The notes: generated from the sequence alone by a model not told the origin. 64,000 nt of DNA from an uncultured bacterium (GCA_963732385.1 CAVSZB010000007.1:32001-96000); one strand, 5' to 3'; shown: positions 39,627-49,032, counted from the first letter of the stretch. Numbers and translations are program-made.

Positions 39627-40807
39627 CCGGGGAGCCGTTGTTGCCCGGCGCGCGGGTCGCGCTGGTGCACGACTGGCTGACCGGCATGCGCGGTGGCGAG
39701 AAGGTGCTCGAGATCTTCGCCGAGCTTTTTCCCGAGGCCGACCTGTTCACGCTGCTGCACGTGCGCGGCAGTGTCAGTCCGGCCATCTCCGGGCGCCGGA
39801 TCCGAACCTCGTTCGTGCAGTTGCTGCCGGGAGTCGAACGCCATTATCGCTGGGCGTTGCCGCTGTTCCCGACCGCGATCGAGGCGTTCGATCTGGCCGA
39901 ATACGACCTCGTCCTCTCGAGCAGCCACTGCGTGGCGAAGTCGGCGCGTCCGGCGCCGGGCGCCCTTTCGATCTGCTACTGCCATACGCCGATGCGCTAC
40001 ATCTGGTCCTCCTTCGAAGAGTACTTCGGCCACCGGCCCGGTCCGCTGCGCTGGCTGATCGCGCGCGAAGCGGAGCACCTGCGTCGCTGGGACCGCCGCA
40101 CCGCGTCGCGTGTCCGCCTCTGGCTCGCCAACTCCACGACGGTCCGGCGGCGTATCCTCGACTGCTACGATGTGCCGTCGCGTGCGGTCGATGTCATCCA
40201 CCCGCCGGTGGACACCGGGCTGTTCCGGCCCGATCCCGCGGGGGCGCCGCCGTCCGGTCTCGTCTCGCGCGGCTACGATCTGGCGGTGTCGGCCTTCGTG
40301 CCGTACAAGCGGCTCGACCTGGCCGTGGTCGCCGCGCGGGGCGCCGGGCGTCGGCTCGTTTTGGTCGGCCGGGGTCCGGACGAGGCGCGCCTGCGTCGCC
40401 TGGCGGCGGAAACGCCGGGGCGCGGGGAGATCGTGTTCGCCGGCGCCGTGCCGACCAGCGCTCTGCCGGCGCTCTACGCGCACTGCCGGGCGTTCGTCTT
40501 CCCCGGCCTGGAGGATTTCGGGATCGCCCCGCTCGAGGCGACCGCCTGCGGTCGGCCCGTAGTGGCCTATCGCGACGGTGGAGCGCTCGACACGGTGCTC
40601 GAGGGGCTCAACGGCGTCTTCTTCACCGAACAGACGGTCGAGGCGCTTACCATCGCCCTGTCCGATCCCCGTCTCGACGCCGGTTGGGATGCCGCCGCGA
40701 TGGCGCAGCATGCGTCGCGTTTCGGCCGGGACCGCTTCCGTCGGCAGGTCGCCGCGCGGCTGGCCGAGGCGTGGACGCGGCACCGGCAGGGAGAGACGCA
40801 TGTCTGA
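39623..40807 (+). CDS. Glycosyltransferase family 4
   Basis: HDWLTGMRGGEKVL, YCHTPMRY, EDFGIAPLEA (EX7E). Confidence 0.92.
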   Translation: MTGEPLLPGARVALVHDWLTGMRGGEKVLEIFAELFPEADLFTLLHVRGSVSPAISGRRIRTSFVQLLPGVERHYRWALPLFPTAIEAFDLAEYDLVLSSSHCVAKSARPAPGALSICYCHTPMRYIWSSFEEYFGHRPGPLRWLIAREAEHLRRWDRRTASRVRLWLANSTTVRRRILDCYDVPSRAVDVIHPPVDTGLFRPDPAGAPPSGLVSRGYDLAVSAFVPYKRLDLAVVAARGAGRRLVLVGRGPDEARLRRLAAETPGRGEIVFAGAVPTSALPALYAHCRAFVFPGLEDFGIAPLEATACGRPVVAYRDGGALDTVLEGLNGVFFTEQTVEALTIALSDPRLDAGWDAAAMAQHASRFGRDRFRRQVAARLAEAWTRHRQGETHV

Positions 40808-42248
40808 GCCGGCCCGTCGTCCCGGCGGACTGAAGCAGCCGGCCCTGCTGATCGCTGCCGACCTTTTCGCGCTCGAGGCGGCGTTCCTCGTCACCTACTG
40901 GTTCCGCTTTCACGCGGGGATCTGGCCGGCGCCCCTGGGCGTGCCGCCTTTGCCGCTCTATCTGCTGACCAGCGCCGTGATCCTGCTGGTCTTCTTCGGT
41001 CTCTTCTACGCGCGGGGGCTGTACGGTCGCCTGGCGCTTGCGTTCGAGGAGGAGCTGACCTCGCTGCTGCACGGCGTCGTGCAGGGCGGTCTGCTGGTGC
41101 TGGCGCTGACGTTCTTCTTCCGGCGCGCCACCTACAGCCGCTCGTTCTTCGGGCTGTTCTTCCTCTCGTGCCTGGCTTTCCTGGCGACGGGACGGCTGGT
41201 CGCCCGGCGCGTCTTACGGCGCTGGCGGCGGCGGGGCGTGGGGGTGCGGCGCGTCCTGCTGGTGGGCGACAGCCCGATGCGGGAACGGGTCGTGCGGGCC
41301 GCGCGCGCGCGGCCGGAATTGGGCCTGGCGCCGGTCGGCTGGCTCGCCGTGGACGAAGACGTACCGGCGGCCGCCGATCCCGCGCCGCCGGGCAGCGGCG
41401 CGGCGCCGACAGTCGGCGTCCTGCCGCGTCTGGGCGGTTTCGGCGATCTGCGGCGCGTCGTGGCCGAACTTGGCATCGATCTGGTCGTGCTGACGCTGCC
41501 GTTCCCGCAGCTCGGCCTGGTGGCGAGTGCCACGGAGGAATTGGCCAGCCTGCCGGTCGACGTGCAACTGGTGCCCGACCTGCTCGCGCTGCGCACCAGC
41601 CGCATGCGTCTGACCGAGGCGGGTGACATTCCGTTTTTCGGCGTACGCGAAACGGCGCTCAGCGGCGCGGACCGCATCGTCAAGCGCATCTTCGACCTGG
41701 TCTGCACGATCTTAGGCCTGCTCCTGCTGCTGCCATGCCTGCTGCTGCTGATGGCGCTGGTGCGGTTCACGTCGCCCGGCCCGGTCTTCTACCGGCAGGC
41801 GCGTGTGGGGCGCGACGGACGCGAATTCGCCATGCTGAAGTTCCGCACCATGCGCGTCGACGCTGAGTCGCGCAGCGGCCCGGTCTGGACCGTCGCCGCC
41901 GACCCGCGGGTGACGCCGGCGGGACGCTGGTTGCGTCGGCTGAGCCTCGACGAACTGCCGCAGTTGTGGAACGTGCTGCGCGGGGACATGAGCCTCGTCG
42001 GTCCCCGGCCGGAGCGGCAGGTGTTCGTGGAGCAGTTCAGCCGCGAGTTGCCGCGTTACTTCGAGCGCCACCAGGTGCGGTCCGGTCTGACCGGCTGGGC
42101 GCAGGTCAACGGGTTGCGGGGCAACACCAGCATCGGGGAACGCACGCTCTACGACCTCTACTATGTGGAGAACTGGTCGCTCGGATTCGATATCAGGATC
42201 CTGCTGATGACGATTCACCATGTCCTGCGGGGCGAGAACGCGTACTGA
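40800..42248 (+). CDS. Undecaprenyl-phosphate hexose-1-phosphate transferase (WcaJ/WbaP type)
   Basis: Four N-terminal TMs, KRIFD, KFRTM, DELPQLWNVLRGDMSLVGPRP, GLTGWAQVNG. Confidence 0.93.
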   Translation: MSEPARRPGGLKQPALLIAADLFALEAAFLVTYWFRFHAGIWPAPLGVPPLPLYLLTSAVILLVFFGLFYARGLYGRLALAFEEELTSLLHGVVQGGLLVLALTFFFRRATYSRSFFGLFFLSCLAFLATGRLVARRVLRRWRRRGVGVRRVLLVGDSPMRERVVRAARARPELGLAPVGWLAVDEDVPAAADPAPPGSGAAPTVGVLPRLGGFGDLRRVVAELGIDLVVLTLPFPQLGLVASATEELASLPVDVQLVPDLLALRTSRMRLTEAGDIPFFGVRETALSGADRIVKRIFDLVCTILGLLLLLPCLLLLMALVRFTSPGPVFYRQARVGRDGREFAMLKFRTMRVDAESRSGPVWTVAADPRVTPAGRWLRRLSLDELPQLWNVLRGDMSLVGPRPERQVFVEQFSRELPRYFERHQVRSGLTGWAQVNGLRGNTSIGERTLYDLYYVENWSLGFDIRILLMTIHHVLRGENAY

Positions 42249-42286
42249 GGCGGCGCGGCGACGGCCGGGCGGAGGGACAACCGACC

Positions 42287-43183
42287 ATGCGGACATTGCT
42301 GGCCTTCCTGGAGAACCTGCGACCCCGGCAGTGGACCAAGAACCTCATCCTGTTCGCGGGCGTGATCTTCTCGCAGACGGTCGGTCATCACGAGGCCGTG
42401 CTGCGCGCGCTGGCCGGCTGCCTGATCTTCTGCCTCGCCTCCGGCGCGATCTACGTCCTCAACGATCTGGCGGACGCCGCCCTCGACCGCCAGCACCCGT
42501 ACAAGAAGAGCCGTCCCATCCCGTCGGGCCGGCTGCCGGCCGTCGCCGCCGGGCGGCTGGCTCTGGCGCTGACCGCGGCCTGCCTCGGGGCGGCCTGTCT
42601 GCTGGGACCGACTTTCGCCTTCGCCACGGGGGCCTTCTTCCTGCTGAACATCCTCTACACGCACCTGCTCAAGAAGGTCGCGATTCTCGACGTGACCGGC
42701 ATCGCGCTCAGCTTCGTGATCCGGGCGGTGGCGAGCGTGGAGGTGCTGCGGCCGGTTTCGCCCGGCATCCAGCTGTCGAACTGGCTGATCCTGTGCACCT
42801 TCTTCCTGTCGCTGTTCCTCGGCTTCGCCAAGCGCCGCAGCGAGTTTATGAAGGTGCGGCCGGATTCCGGAGGCACCCGGCCCGCGCTGGCCGATTACAC
42901 CGAGACCTTGCTCAATACCCTCATCGGCATCACCTTCACCCTGACCCTGATGGCGTATTCGCTGTACACGGTCTGGCCGGGGACGGTGGCGCATTTCGGC
43001 ACGAGCCGTCTTGTGTTCACGCTGCCGTTCGTCTTTTTCGGCATGGGACGCTATCTCTTCCTCGTCTACCGCGGTGGGCGGGGGGGGCGGCCGCACGAGA
43101 TCCTGCTCAACGATCCGTCCATCCAGATCGCGGTTCTCGGGTGGGTGGCGGTTGTTTTCCTGCTGATCGATCTGCGCCGCTAG
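42287..43183 (+). CDS. UbiA-family polyprenyl-phosphate phosphoribosyltransferase (DPPR synthase-like)
   Basis: RPRQWTKN, YVLNDLAD...DRQHPYKKSRPIPSG, KRRSE, R..L..Y motifs. Confidence 0.88.
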   Translation: MRTLLAFLENLRPRQWTKNLILFAGVIFSQTVGHHEAVLRALAGCLIFCLASGAIYVLNDLADAALDRQHPYKKSRPIPSGRLPAVAAGRLALALTAACLGAACLLGPTFAFATGAFFLLNILYTHLLKKVAILDVTGIALSFVIRAVASVEVLRPVSPGIQLSNWLILCTFFLSLFLGFAKRRSEFMKVRPDSGGTRPALADYTETLLNTLIGITFTLTLMAYSLYTVWPGTVAHFGTSRLVFTLPFVFFGMGRYLFLVYRGGRGGRPHEILLNDPSIQIAVLGWVAVVFLLIDLRR

Positions 43184-43205
43184 GCCGCGCGGGAAAGGAC
43201 ACTGC

Positions 43206-44315
43206 ATGGATGCGCGGGTCGCTCTCATCGGCGCCACACCCGAGACCGTGCTCGACGACTACCGGCGGGTCATGGAGCTGGGCGGCTGGCGCGCCCAACT
43301 CTCCCCGGACCGCGATCTCATCCTCAAGCTCAACCTCTCGTGGACCCGGTATTTTCCGGCCTGCAGCTCGCAGCCGTGGCAGGTCGAGGGAGTCGTGCGG
43401 ACGCTGCGCGAGGGGGGTTTCTCCGCTGACCGGCTGATCCCGCTCGAGAACAGGACCGTGGTGACGAATCCCCGTCAGGGGTGCCGCAACAACCTCTGGG
43501 AGCCGGTGCTGAAGGCGTACGGCCTCACCTTCCGCGCGCTGCCGGAGGAGGAGTGGGTGGTCCACCGCTTCCGCGAGCCGCTGCTGAAGCTGAACCACAT
43601 CTTTCCCGAGGGGATCGAGATACCGCGGCTTTACCTCGGACGCGACATCCTCCACCTGCCGACGGTCAAGACGCACGGCCACTCCACCACCACCGGCGCG
43701 GTGAAGAACGCCTTCGGCGGCCTGCTGAAGGAGGTTCGCCACTACGCGCACAAGTACATGCACGAGGTGCTGGTGGACCTGCTCATCATGCAGCGCGAGA
43801 TCCATCCGCATATCTTCGCGGTGATGGACGGCACGGTCTGCGGCGACGGCGCCGGACCGCGCACCATGCGCCCGGTGAACCGGAACATCCTGCTCGCCGG
43901 CGCGGACTCGGTGGCGCTCGACGCGACCGCGGCGCGGCTGATGGGGTTCGACCCGCTGAGCATCCCTTATCTGCGCATGGCGCACGAGCGGGGTCTGGGC
44001 GTGGCCGATCCCCGCCACATCGAGCTGGTGGGGGAGCCGGCGTTGTTCGACCAGAACTTCGGTTTCCACACTGTGCGCAGTCCGGTCATCTGGGGCGACC
44101 AGATGCTGCGGCGCGGACCGCTGCGCTTCCTGGAGCGGGCCCTGCTGCACTCGCCGCTCGTGGTGTGGGCGCCGTTCGCCTCGAACGTCTATCACGACTG
44201 GCTCTGGTATCCGACCGTGGGACGGTCGATCATCCGTCGCCACGCCGGCACGCCGTGGGGGCGCCTGTTCCGCCACTACGCGGAGGCCGGCACGCTCGGC
44301 GGGGGTGTGTCGTGA
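43206..44315 (+). CDS. DUF362 domain protein
   Basis: LKLN, LPTVKTHGHSTTTGAVKNAFG, MDGTVCGDGAGP, DSVALDA motifs. Confidence 0.85.
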   Translation: MDARVALIGATPETVLDDYRRVMELGGWRAQLSPDRDLILKLNLSWTRYFPACSSQPWQVEGVVRTLREGGFSADRLIPLENRTVVTNPRQGCRNNLWEPVLKAYGLTFRALPEEEWVVHRFREPLLKLNHIFPEGIEIPRLYLGRDILHLPTVKTHGHSTTTGAVKNAFGGLLKEVRHYAHKYMHEVLVDLLIMQREIHPHIFAVMDGTVCGDGAGPRTMRPVNRNILLAGADSVALDATAARLMGFDPLSIPYLRMAHERGLGVADPRHIELVGEPALFDQNFGFHTVRSPVIWGDQMLRRGPLRFLERALLHSPLVVWAPFASNVYHDWLWYPTVGRSIIRRHAGTPWGRLFRHYAEAGTLGGGVS

Positions 44316-45238
44316 GCGGGAACGACGCGCAGCGCCCGGCGCGCCGGGTCGTCGTCCGCGCACCGGCCAAGGTGAATCTGCATCTCGAGGTGCTCCGGCA
44401 GCGGCCCGACGGTTACCACGAGATCGAAACGGTCTTCCAGGCGGTCTCCCTGTTCGATACGGTGACGGTGACCCTGCGCGCGACGGGTGACAGCGCCGCG
44501 GCGCAGCGGCTCCGGCTGCGGGTGGATCCGGGCGATGCGGCTCCGGACGGCGTGGACAACATCTGCTGGCAGGCGGTGCAGCTGTTCGGCCACGCCACGG
44601 GACGACACGGCGAGCTGGAGATCGACCTGCACAAGGAGATCCCGGCCGGTGCCGGCCTGGGTGGGGGCAGCGCCGACGCTGCCGCAGTGCTGGTGGCGCT
44701 CAACCGGCTGCACGACACCCGCCTCGACGTGAAGGAACTGGAGCAGCTCGGCGAACAGCTCGGCTCCGATGTACCGTTCTTCATCCGCGGCGGAACGCAG
44801 GTCGGCAGAGGGCGGGGCACCCGGCTGACTCCGGTCACCGGGATCCGGTCCGGGGTGTTCCTGATCGTCAAGCCGCCGCTCAGTATTGAAACCGCAAGAA
44901 TCTATGGGCAGTTGAAAATCGGATTGACAGTGCGTGGGCCCAAATGTAGCCTCCGGCACGTCAAGGCCTTGATCGCTCGGTTCCCAAGTGGTTCCTGGTT
45001 CGGTTTCAACCGATTGGAAGAGGTGGTGTTGCCGGCGCATCCCGTGCTCCAGCGGCTGGTGTTCCGCCTCAGGGAACTGGCCCCGATCGCGATGCTGACC
45101 GGCAGCGGGTCTGCGGTGTTTGGGGTGTTTGACGAACAGACCTGGACGGCGCAAATCCGGGATGAATTCGAGGCCCCGGGCTGGTTCATCCGGGTCGTCG
45201 AACCCCATCCGGCAGGAGTGGAGATCACGGAAGAGTAA
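44312..45238 (+). CDS. ispE: 4-diphosphocytidyl-2-C-methyl-D-erythritol kinase
   Basis: APAKVNL, RPDGYHEI, IPAGAGLGGGSADAA, GSDVPFF, LTGSGSAVFG. Confidence 0.96.
   Translation: MSGNDAQRPARRVVVRAPAKVNLHLEVLRQRPDGYHEIETVFQAVSLFDTVTVTLRATGDSAAAQRLRLRVDPGDAAPDGVDNICWQAVQLFGHATGRHGELEIDLHKEIPAGAGLGGGSADAAAVLVALNRLHDTRLDVKELEQLGEQLGSDVPFFIRGGTQVGRGRGTRLTPVTGIRSGVFLIVKPPLSIETARIYGQLKIGLTVRGPKCSLRHVKALIARFPSGSWFGFNRLEEVVLPAHPVLQRLVFRLRELAPIAMLTGSGSAVFGVFDEQTWTAQIRDEFEAPGWFIRVVEPHPAGVEITEE
44924..44952 (+). promoter_or_regulatory. Internal sigma70 promoter inside ispE
   Basis: TTGACA (44924-44929)-N17-TAGCCT (44947-44952), preceded by an AT-rich stretch. Confidence 0.55.
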
Positions 45239-45298
45239 GCCTCCTGTCGCCCTGGAGACGTCCCCCCGGTCCAAGGCCCACTTCGGAGAGGTGTAAAC

Positions 45299-45634
45299 TT
45301 GGAAATCACGGAAATCCGCATCACCCTGAGGGATGACGACAAACTCCGAGGATTCGCCAGCATCACGCTCGACAACTGCTTTGTCATCCGGGGGCTGAAG
45401 GTCATCGCGGGCGCCAACGGCATTTTCGTGGCGATGCCGAGTCGCAAGCGCAAGGATGGGACCTATCAGGACATTGCCCACCCGATCAATATGCCGACCC
45501 GCCAGTGGATGGAGAGCCAGGTCGTGACGGCCTACAAGCAGGAAATGCAGCGCGTCGAGTCGGGCGAGATCCCGCCGCCGCAGCCGGGAGCGAACTTCGA
45601 CGACGAAAACCCGGCCCTGGAAGAGAGCTATTGA
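45299..45634 (+). CDS. spoVG: SpoVG nucleic-acid-binding protein
   Basis: MEITEIRI, FVAMPSRK, DIAHPIN; TTG start after GGAGAGG. Confidence 0.95.
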   Translation: MEITEIRITLRDDDKLRGFASITLDNCFVIRGLKVIAGANGIFVAMPSRKRKDGTYQDIAHPINMPTRQWMESQVVTAYKQEMQRVESGEIPPPQPGANFDDENPALEESY

Positions 45635-45651
45635 CGCGACCCGCGTAAGGC

Positions 45652-45726
45652 TGGGGCGTCGTCAAGTGGTAAGACACGAGGTTTTGGTCCTCGCATTCGG
45701 AGGTTCGAATCCTCCCGCCCCAGCCA
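45652..45726 (+). tRNA. tRNA-Gln(TTG)
   Basis: U1-A72 pair, anticodon arm CGAGG-TT-TTG-GT-CCTCG, ends GCCA; usual position between ispE and prs. Confidence 0.97.
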
Positions 45727-45851
45727 TTTCAGGCCTGCCCTGGCGCCAGCCGAAAGCGGCTTGATCCTCCGGTTACCCATGCGCTATCCTGCGCCGATTC
45801 TCTCCACGCGGGAGGGGACGTCGTGTTGTCGTGCCCGGAGGTGGGGCCGTA

Positions 45852-46790
45852 GTGTACAACGAGCTCGTGATCATCAGCGGCAACGCCCACCGGGAGTTGA
45901 GCGCCCGCATTGCCGAGAATCTCCACGTGAACCTGCTCGACGTCGAGGTCGGCCGTTTCTCCGACGGCGAGATCAGGGTGAAGATCAAGGAGAACATCCG
46001 CGGCACGGACGTCTTCATCATCCAGCCGACGCCGCCGCCCGGTGAGAACATCCTCGAGCTGCTGCTGCTGCTCGACGCCGTGCGGCGCGCCTCCTGCCGC
46101 CGCGTAACCGCGGTGATCCCGTATTTCGGGTACGCGCGACAGGATCGCAAGGACCAGCCGCGGGTGCCGATCGCCGCCCGCGTGATGGCGAACCTCATCA
46201 CCACGGCCGGCGCGCAGCGCGTGCTGACCATCGACCTGCACGCGCCGCAGATCCAGGGCTTCTTCGATATCCCTCTCGATCACCTCTACTCCGCGCCGAT
46301 CCTGCTCAAGCATTTCGCGGACTGGCCGCGTGACAATCTCGCGGTGGTGGCGCCCGATGTCGGCAGCATCAAGATCGCGCGGGCCTTCGCGAAACGGCTG
46401 TCGGCCACCCTGGCGATCGTGGACAAGCGCCGGCCGGCTCCGAACGAGGCCGTGGTGATGAACTTCATCGGTGACGTGCGCGGCAAGGATGTCATCATCT
46501 TCGACGACATGATCGACACCGCCGGCACGGTCGCCGACGCCACCCGGGTGATCATGGAGCAGCAGGGGGCGCTGTCGGTCACCGCCTGCTGCACGCATCC
46601 CCTGTTGTCGGGAAGCGCCCTGGCGCGGATCAACGCCGCGCCGTTGCGGGAGGTCGTGGTGAGCAACACCGTGCCGTTTCACCGGCACGCGGAATGCGCG
46701 AAGATCCGGGTTCTCGACATGTCGCCCCTGCTGGCCGACGCGATCGAGCGCATCCATCTCGAAAAGACGGTCAGCTCGCTGTTCGTGTGA
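45852..46790 (+). CDS. prs: Ribose-phosphate pyrophosphokinase
   Basis: FSDGE, PYFGYARQDRK, DLHAPQIQGFF, DDMIDTAGT. Confidence 0.97.
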   Translation: MYNELVIISGNAHRELSARIAENLHVNLLDVEVGRFSDGEIRVKIKENIRGTDVFIIQPTPPPGENILELLLLLDAVRRASCRRVTAVIPYFGYARQDRKDQPRVPIAARVMANLITTAGAQRVLTIDLHAPQIQGFFDIPLDHLYSAPILLKHFADWPRDNLAVVAPDVGSIKIARAFAKRLSATLAIVDKRRPAPNEAVVMNFIGDVRGKDVIIFDDMIDTAGTVADATRVIMEQQGALSVTACCTHPLLSGSALARINAAPLREVVVSNTVPFHRHAECAKIRVLDMSPLLADAIERIHLEKTVSSLFV

Positions 46791-46816
46791 CGCCCGGGGC
46801 CCCCTGCAGCCGCGTC

Positions 46817-46847
46817 TTGACAGGGCGGTCTGGCCGTGCTTTATTAA
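46817..46847 (+). promoter_or_regulatory. Candidate rplY promoter
   Basis: TTGACA at 46817 followed by TG-C-TTTATTAA at 46837-46847. Confidence 0.45.
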
Positions 46848-46921
46848 GCGGTCCTTTTGTGCGCAATTACGCTCACCGGTTCGCGCCACGCGCCGGAGGG
46901 CTGTTCGGGAGGCAAACACGC

Positions 46922-47584
46922 ATGGGTCTGATCCAGCTGACCGTCTATAATCGCGAGACCACCGGCAAGAACGCCAATCGTCGCACCCGTTCGCGCGGGC
47001 GCATCCCGGCCGTCGTCTACGGGGCGCGGGATAAGGCGACGAACGTCGAACTGGACCTCGCTGAGTTCAATCGTCTGATCGGCCTGGGCCGGGGCGCGGG
47101 TCATGTGCTTTCGCTTACCGAGTCCGGCTCGAGCAATTCGGTCATGGCGCTGTTGCGCGAGGTGCAGCGGCACCCGGTGCGTGACTTCGTCTACCATGTC
47201 GACCTGTTCAAGATCCCGGCCGACCAGCCGATCAGCGTCCAGGTTCCGCTGGAGGTCACCGGCGATTCGCTGGACATCAAGCGCGGCGATGCCACGCTGA
47301 TGCGCGTGCGCCATGTGGTTTCGGTGCGCTGCCTCCCGTCGGAACTGCCGGAATCGATCACGATTGACATCTCCGGCTACAAGACCGGCCAGAAGGTGCA
47401 CGCCTCCGATCTGAAGGTCGAGGGAGTGGAATTGGACGAGGACCCGGAAGAGGTCCTGCTGCTGCTGCAGTCGACCGCCTCGTTCGCGGCAGCGGAGGCG
47501 CCGGTCGTGGTCGCCGAGCCGGTGGAGGGCGAAGAGGCCGTCGCAGGAGACGAGCCGGGCGCGAAGAAGGACGAGAAGGACTGA
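46922..47584 (+). CDS. rplY: 50S ribosomal protein L25 / general stress protein Ctc (long form)
   Basis: GKNANRRTR..GRIPAVVYG, REVQRHPV...HVD, C-terminal TL5 domain. Confidence 0.95.
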   Translation: MGLIQLTVYNRETTGKNANRRTRSRGRIPAVVYGARDKATNVELDLAEFNRLIGLGRGAGHVLSLTESGSSNSVMALLREVQRHPVRDFVYHVDLFKIPADQPISVQVPLEVTGDSLDIKRGDATLMRVRHVVSVRCLPSELPESITIDISGYKTGQKVHASDLKVEGVELDEDPEEVLLLLQSTASFAAAEAPVVVAEPVEGEEAVAGDEPGAKKDEKD

Positions 47585-47678
47585 GCCCGGCCCGCTGCGC
47601 GGCGTCCGCCGCCGCGGGGAGTTGATCGACGCGAGGTGGGGCCGCGGCTCCGCCTCGCGCTGCTTTGGGGGCATTGCG

Positions 47679-48362
47679 ATGCAGTTGATCGTGGGGCTTG
47701 GCAATCCGGGCGAGCACTACTCGGCCACCCGCCACAACCTCGGGGCGCGCGCCGTCGAACTGCTGGCGCGCCGCCACGGGCTGACGCTGCGCAACGCGGA
47801 TCCGGCCTATCGTCTGGCGGAAGGGGAACTGCCGGGGGGCCCGGTCGCGCTGCTCGTTCCTCTCACCTGGATGAACCGCAGCGCGGAGGCGCTGGCCCTC
47901 TGGGCCGGGCGCCACGGGATCCGGCTCGGGGTGGCGGACGAGCCGGACGATGCCGGTCGGGACGCGGCGGACGGCTCATCGCTTCTTCTGCCGACCGAAC
48001 GGGCGGCACCGCCGCCGACTGTGGTGCCGCTCGTCGTCTGCGACGACCTCGCCCTGCCGCTGGGGGCGCTGCGCCTGCGTGGGCGGGGCGGGGCGGGCGG
48101 GCACCGCGGGCTCGAGTCGATCATCGCCCTGCTGGGGGGGGAGGCGTTTCCCCGGCTGCGTCTCGGGGTTGCCGGGTCGTCCGGTCCGCCTGAACCGGCC
48201 GGCTGGGCCGACTATGTGCTGGCGCCGTTCGCTCCGGAGGAGGAGCCGGCCGTCGAGGCGCTGATTGTGGATGCGGCCGTCGCCCTGGAGGGGGTCGTGG
48301 CCGGTGGGCTGAAGGCCGCCGCTGCCCGGTTCAATCGCGGCGCGGGCGGGGTTGCCGGATGA
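47679..48362 (+). CDS. pth: Peptidyl-tRNA hydrolase
   Basis: VGLGNPG, TRHNLG, MNRS, DDL, GGHRG, RLRLG, DYVL. Confidence 0.93.
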   Translation: MQLIVGLGNPGEHYSATRHNLGARAVELLARRHGLTLRNADPAYRLAEGELPGGPVALLVPLTWMNRSAEALALWAGRHGIRLGVADEPDDAGRDAADGSSLLLPTERAAPPPTVVPLVVCDDLALPLGALRLRGRGGAGGHRGLESIIALLGGEAFPRLRLGVAGSSGPPEPAGWADYVLAPFAPEEEPAVEALIVDAAVALEGVVAGGLKAAAARFNRGAGGVAG

Positions 48363-48381
48363 GCGGGCCGGCCGCGCCGCC

Positions 48382-48410
48382 TTGCCACGGGGTCGCCTGT
48401 GGCGTATATT
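48382..48410 (+). promoter_or_regulatory. sigma70 promoter of the rpsF operon
   Basis: TTGCCA (48382-48387)-N17-TATATT (48405-48410). Confidence 0.65.
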
Positions 48411-48479
48411 CCCCGGTCCCCGCCGCTTCAGGCGCCGGGGGAACCGACATCGCAAGATAATCTGCGTTGCTCGTTCGCA

Positions 48480-48557
48480 TCCCTGCCCGGGACGACCGTG
48501 GCCGGTGCCCAGCCGCTGCGGGAAAATGGATCCTGGGCCTTTCGTCCGAGGGGGGGT
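48480..48557 (+). promoter_or_regulatory. Putative S6:S18 ribosomal-protein leader
   Basis: TCCCT-GCCC pairs with the G-rich SD (GAGGGGGGG) and leaves GCCC unpaired. Inner stems GGACGA/TCGTCC and GCCCAG/CTGGGC. Confidence 0.55.
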
Positions 48558-48564
48558 GAACTCC

Positions 48565-48978
48565 GTGCAGAAATATGAGCTTGTTTATGCTTTGCGGACC
48601 GATCGGCCAGATGCCGAGTTGCAGGCGCGCGCCGAGAAGGCGGCCTCCATCATCGTCGAGCACAAGGGCGAGATCACTGAGCGCAGCCATTGGGGCGTGC
48701 GCCGGCTGGCCTTCGAGATCGACCACCAGGCCCAGGGCGACTACATGTTCTTCAAGTTCCGCGCCGAGGGGACGGTCGTGGCCGACCTGGATCGTTTCCT
48801 GCGCCAGGACGATGCGTGCCTGCGGCACATGGTCGTGGTGGACGGCGAGTGGCATGAGCGCAACCGCGCCAATCAGGCCCGCGTCCAGGCGACGCTCGCT
48901 GCGAATGCGGCGCGCGCTCCGCGCCCCGGCGGTGACAAGGAAGAAGCAGATAAGGAAGACAAGGAAGGCGCGGAATAG
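48565..48978 (+). CDS. rpsF: 30S ribosomal protein S6
   Basis: KYELVY, WGVRRLAFEI, LRHMVV; GTG start. Confidence 0.95.
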   Translation: MQKYELVYALRTDRPDAELQARAEKAASIIVEHKGEITERSHWGVRRLAFEIDHQAQGDYMFFKFRAEGTVVADLDRFLRQDDACLRHMVVVDGEWHERNRANQARVQATLAANAARAPRPGGDKEEADKEDKEGAE

Positions 48979-49032
48979 GCGGGGCCCGCCGGTCGACCGG
49001 CCGGCGGCGCCCTCAGGGAAAGCGAGGGCTGC

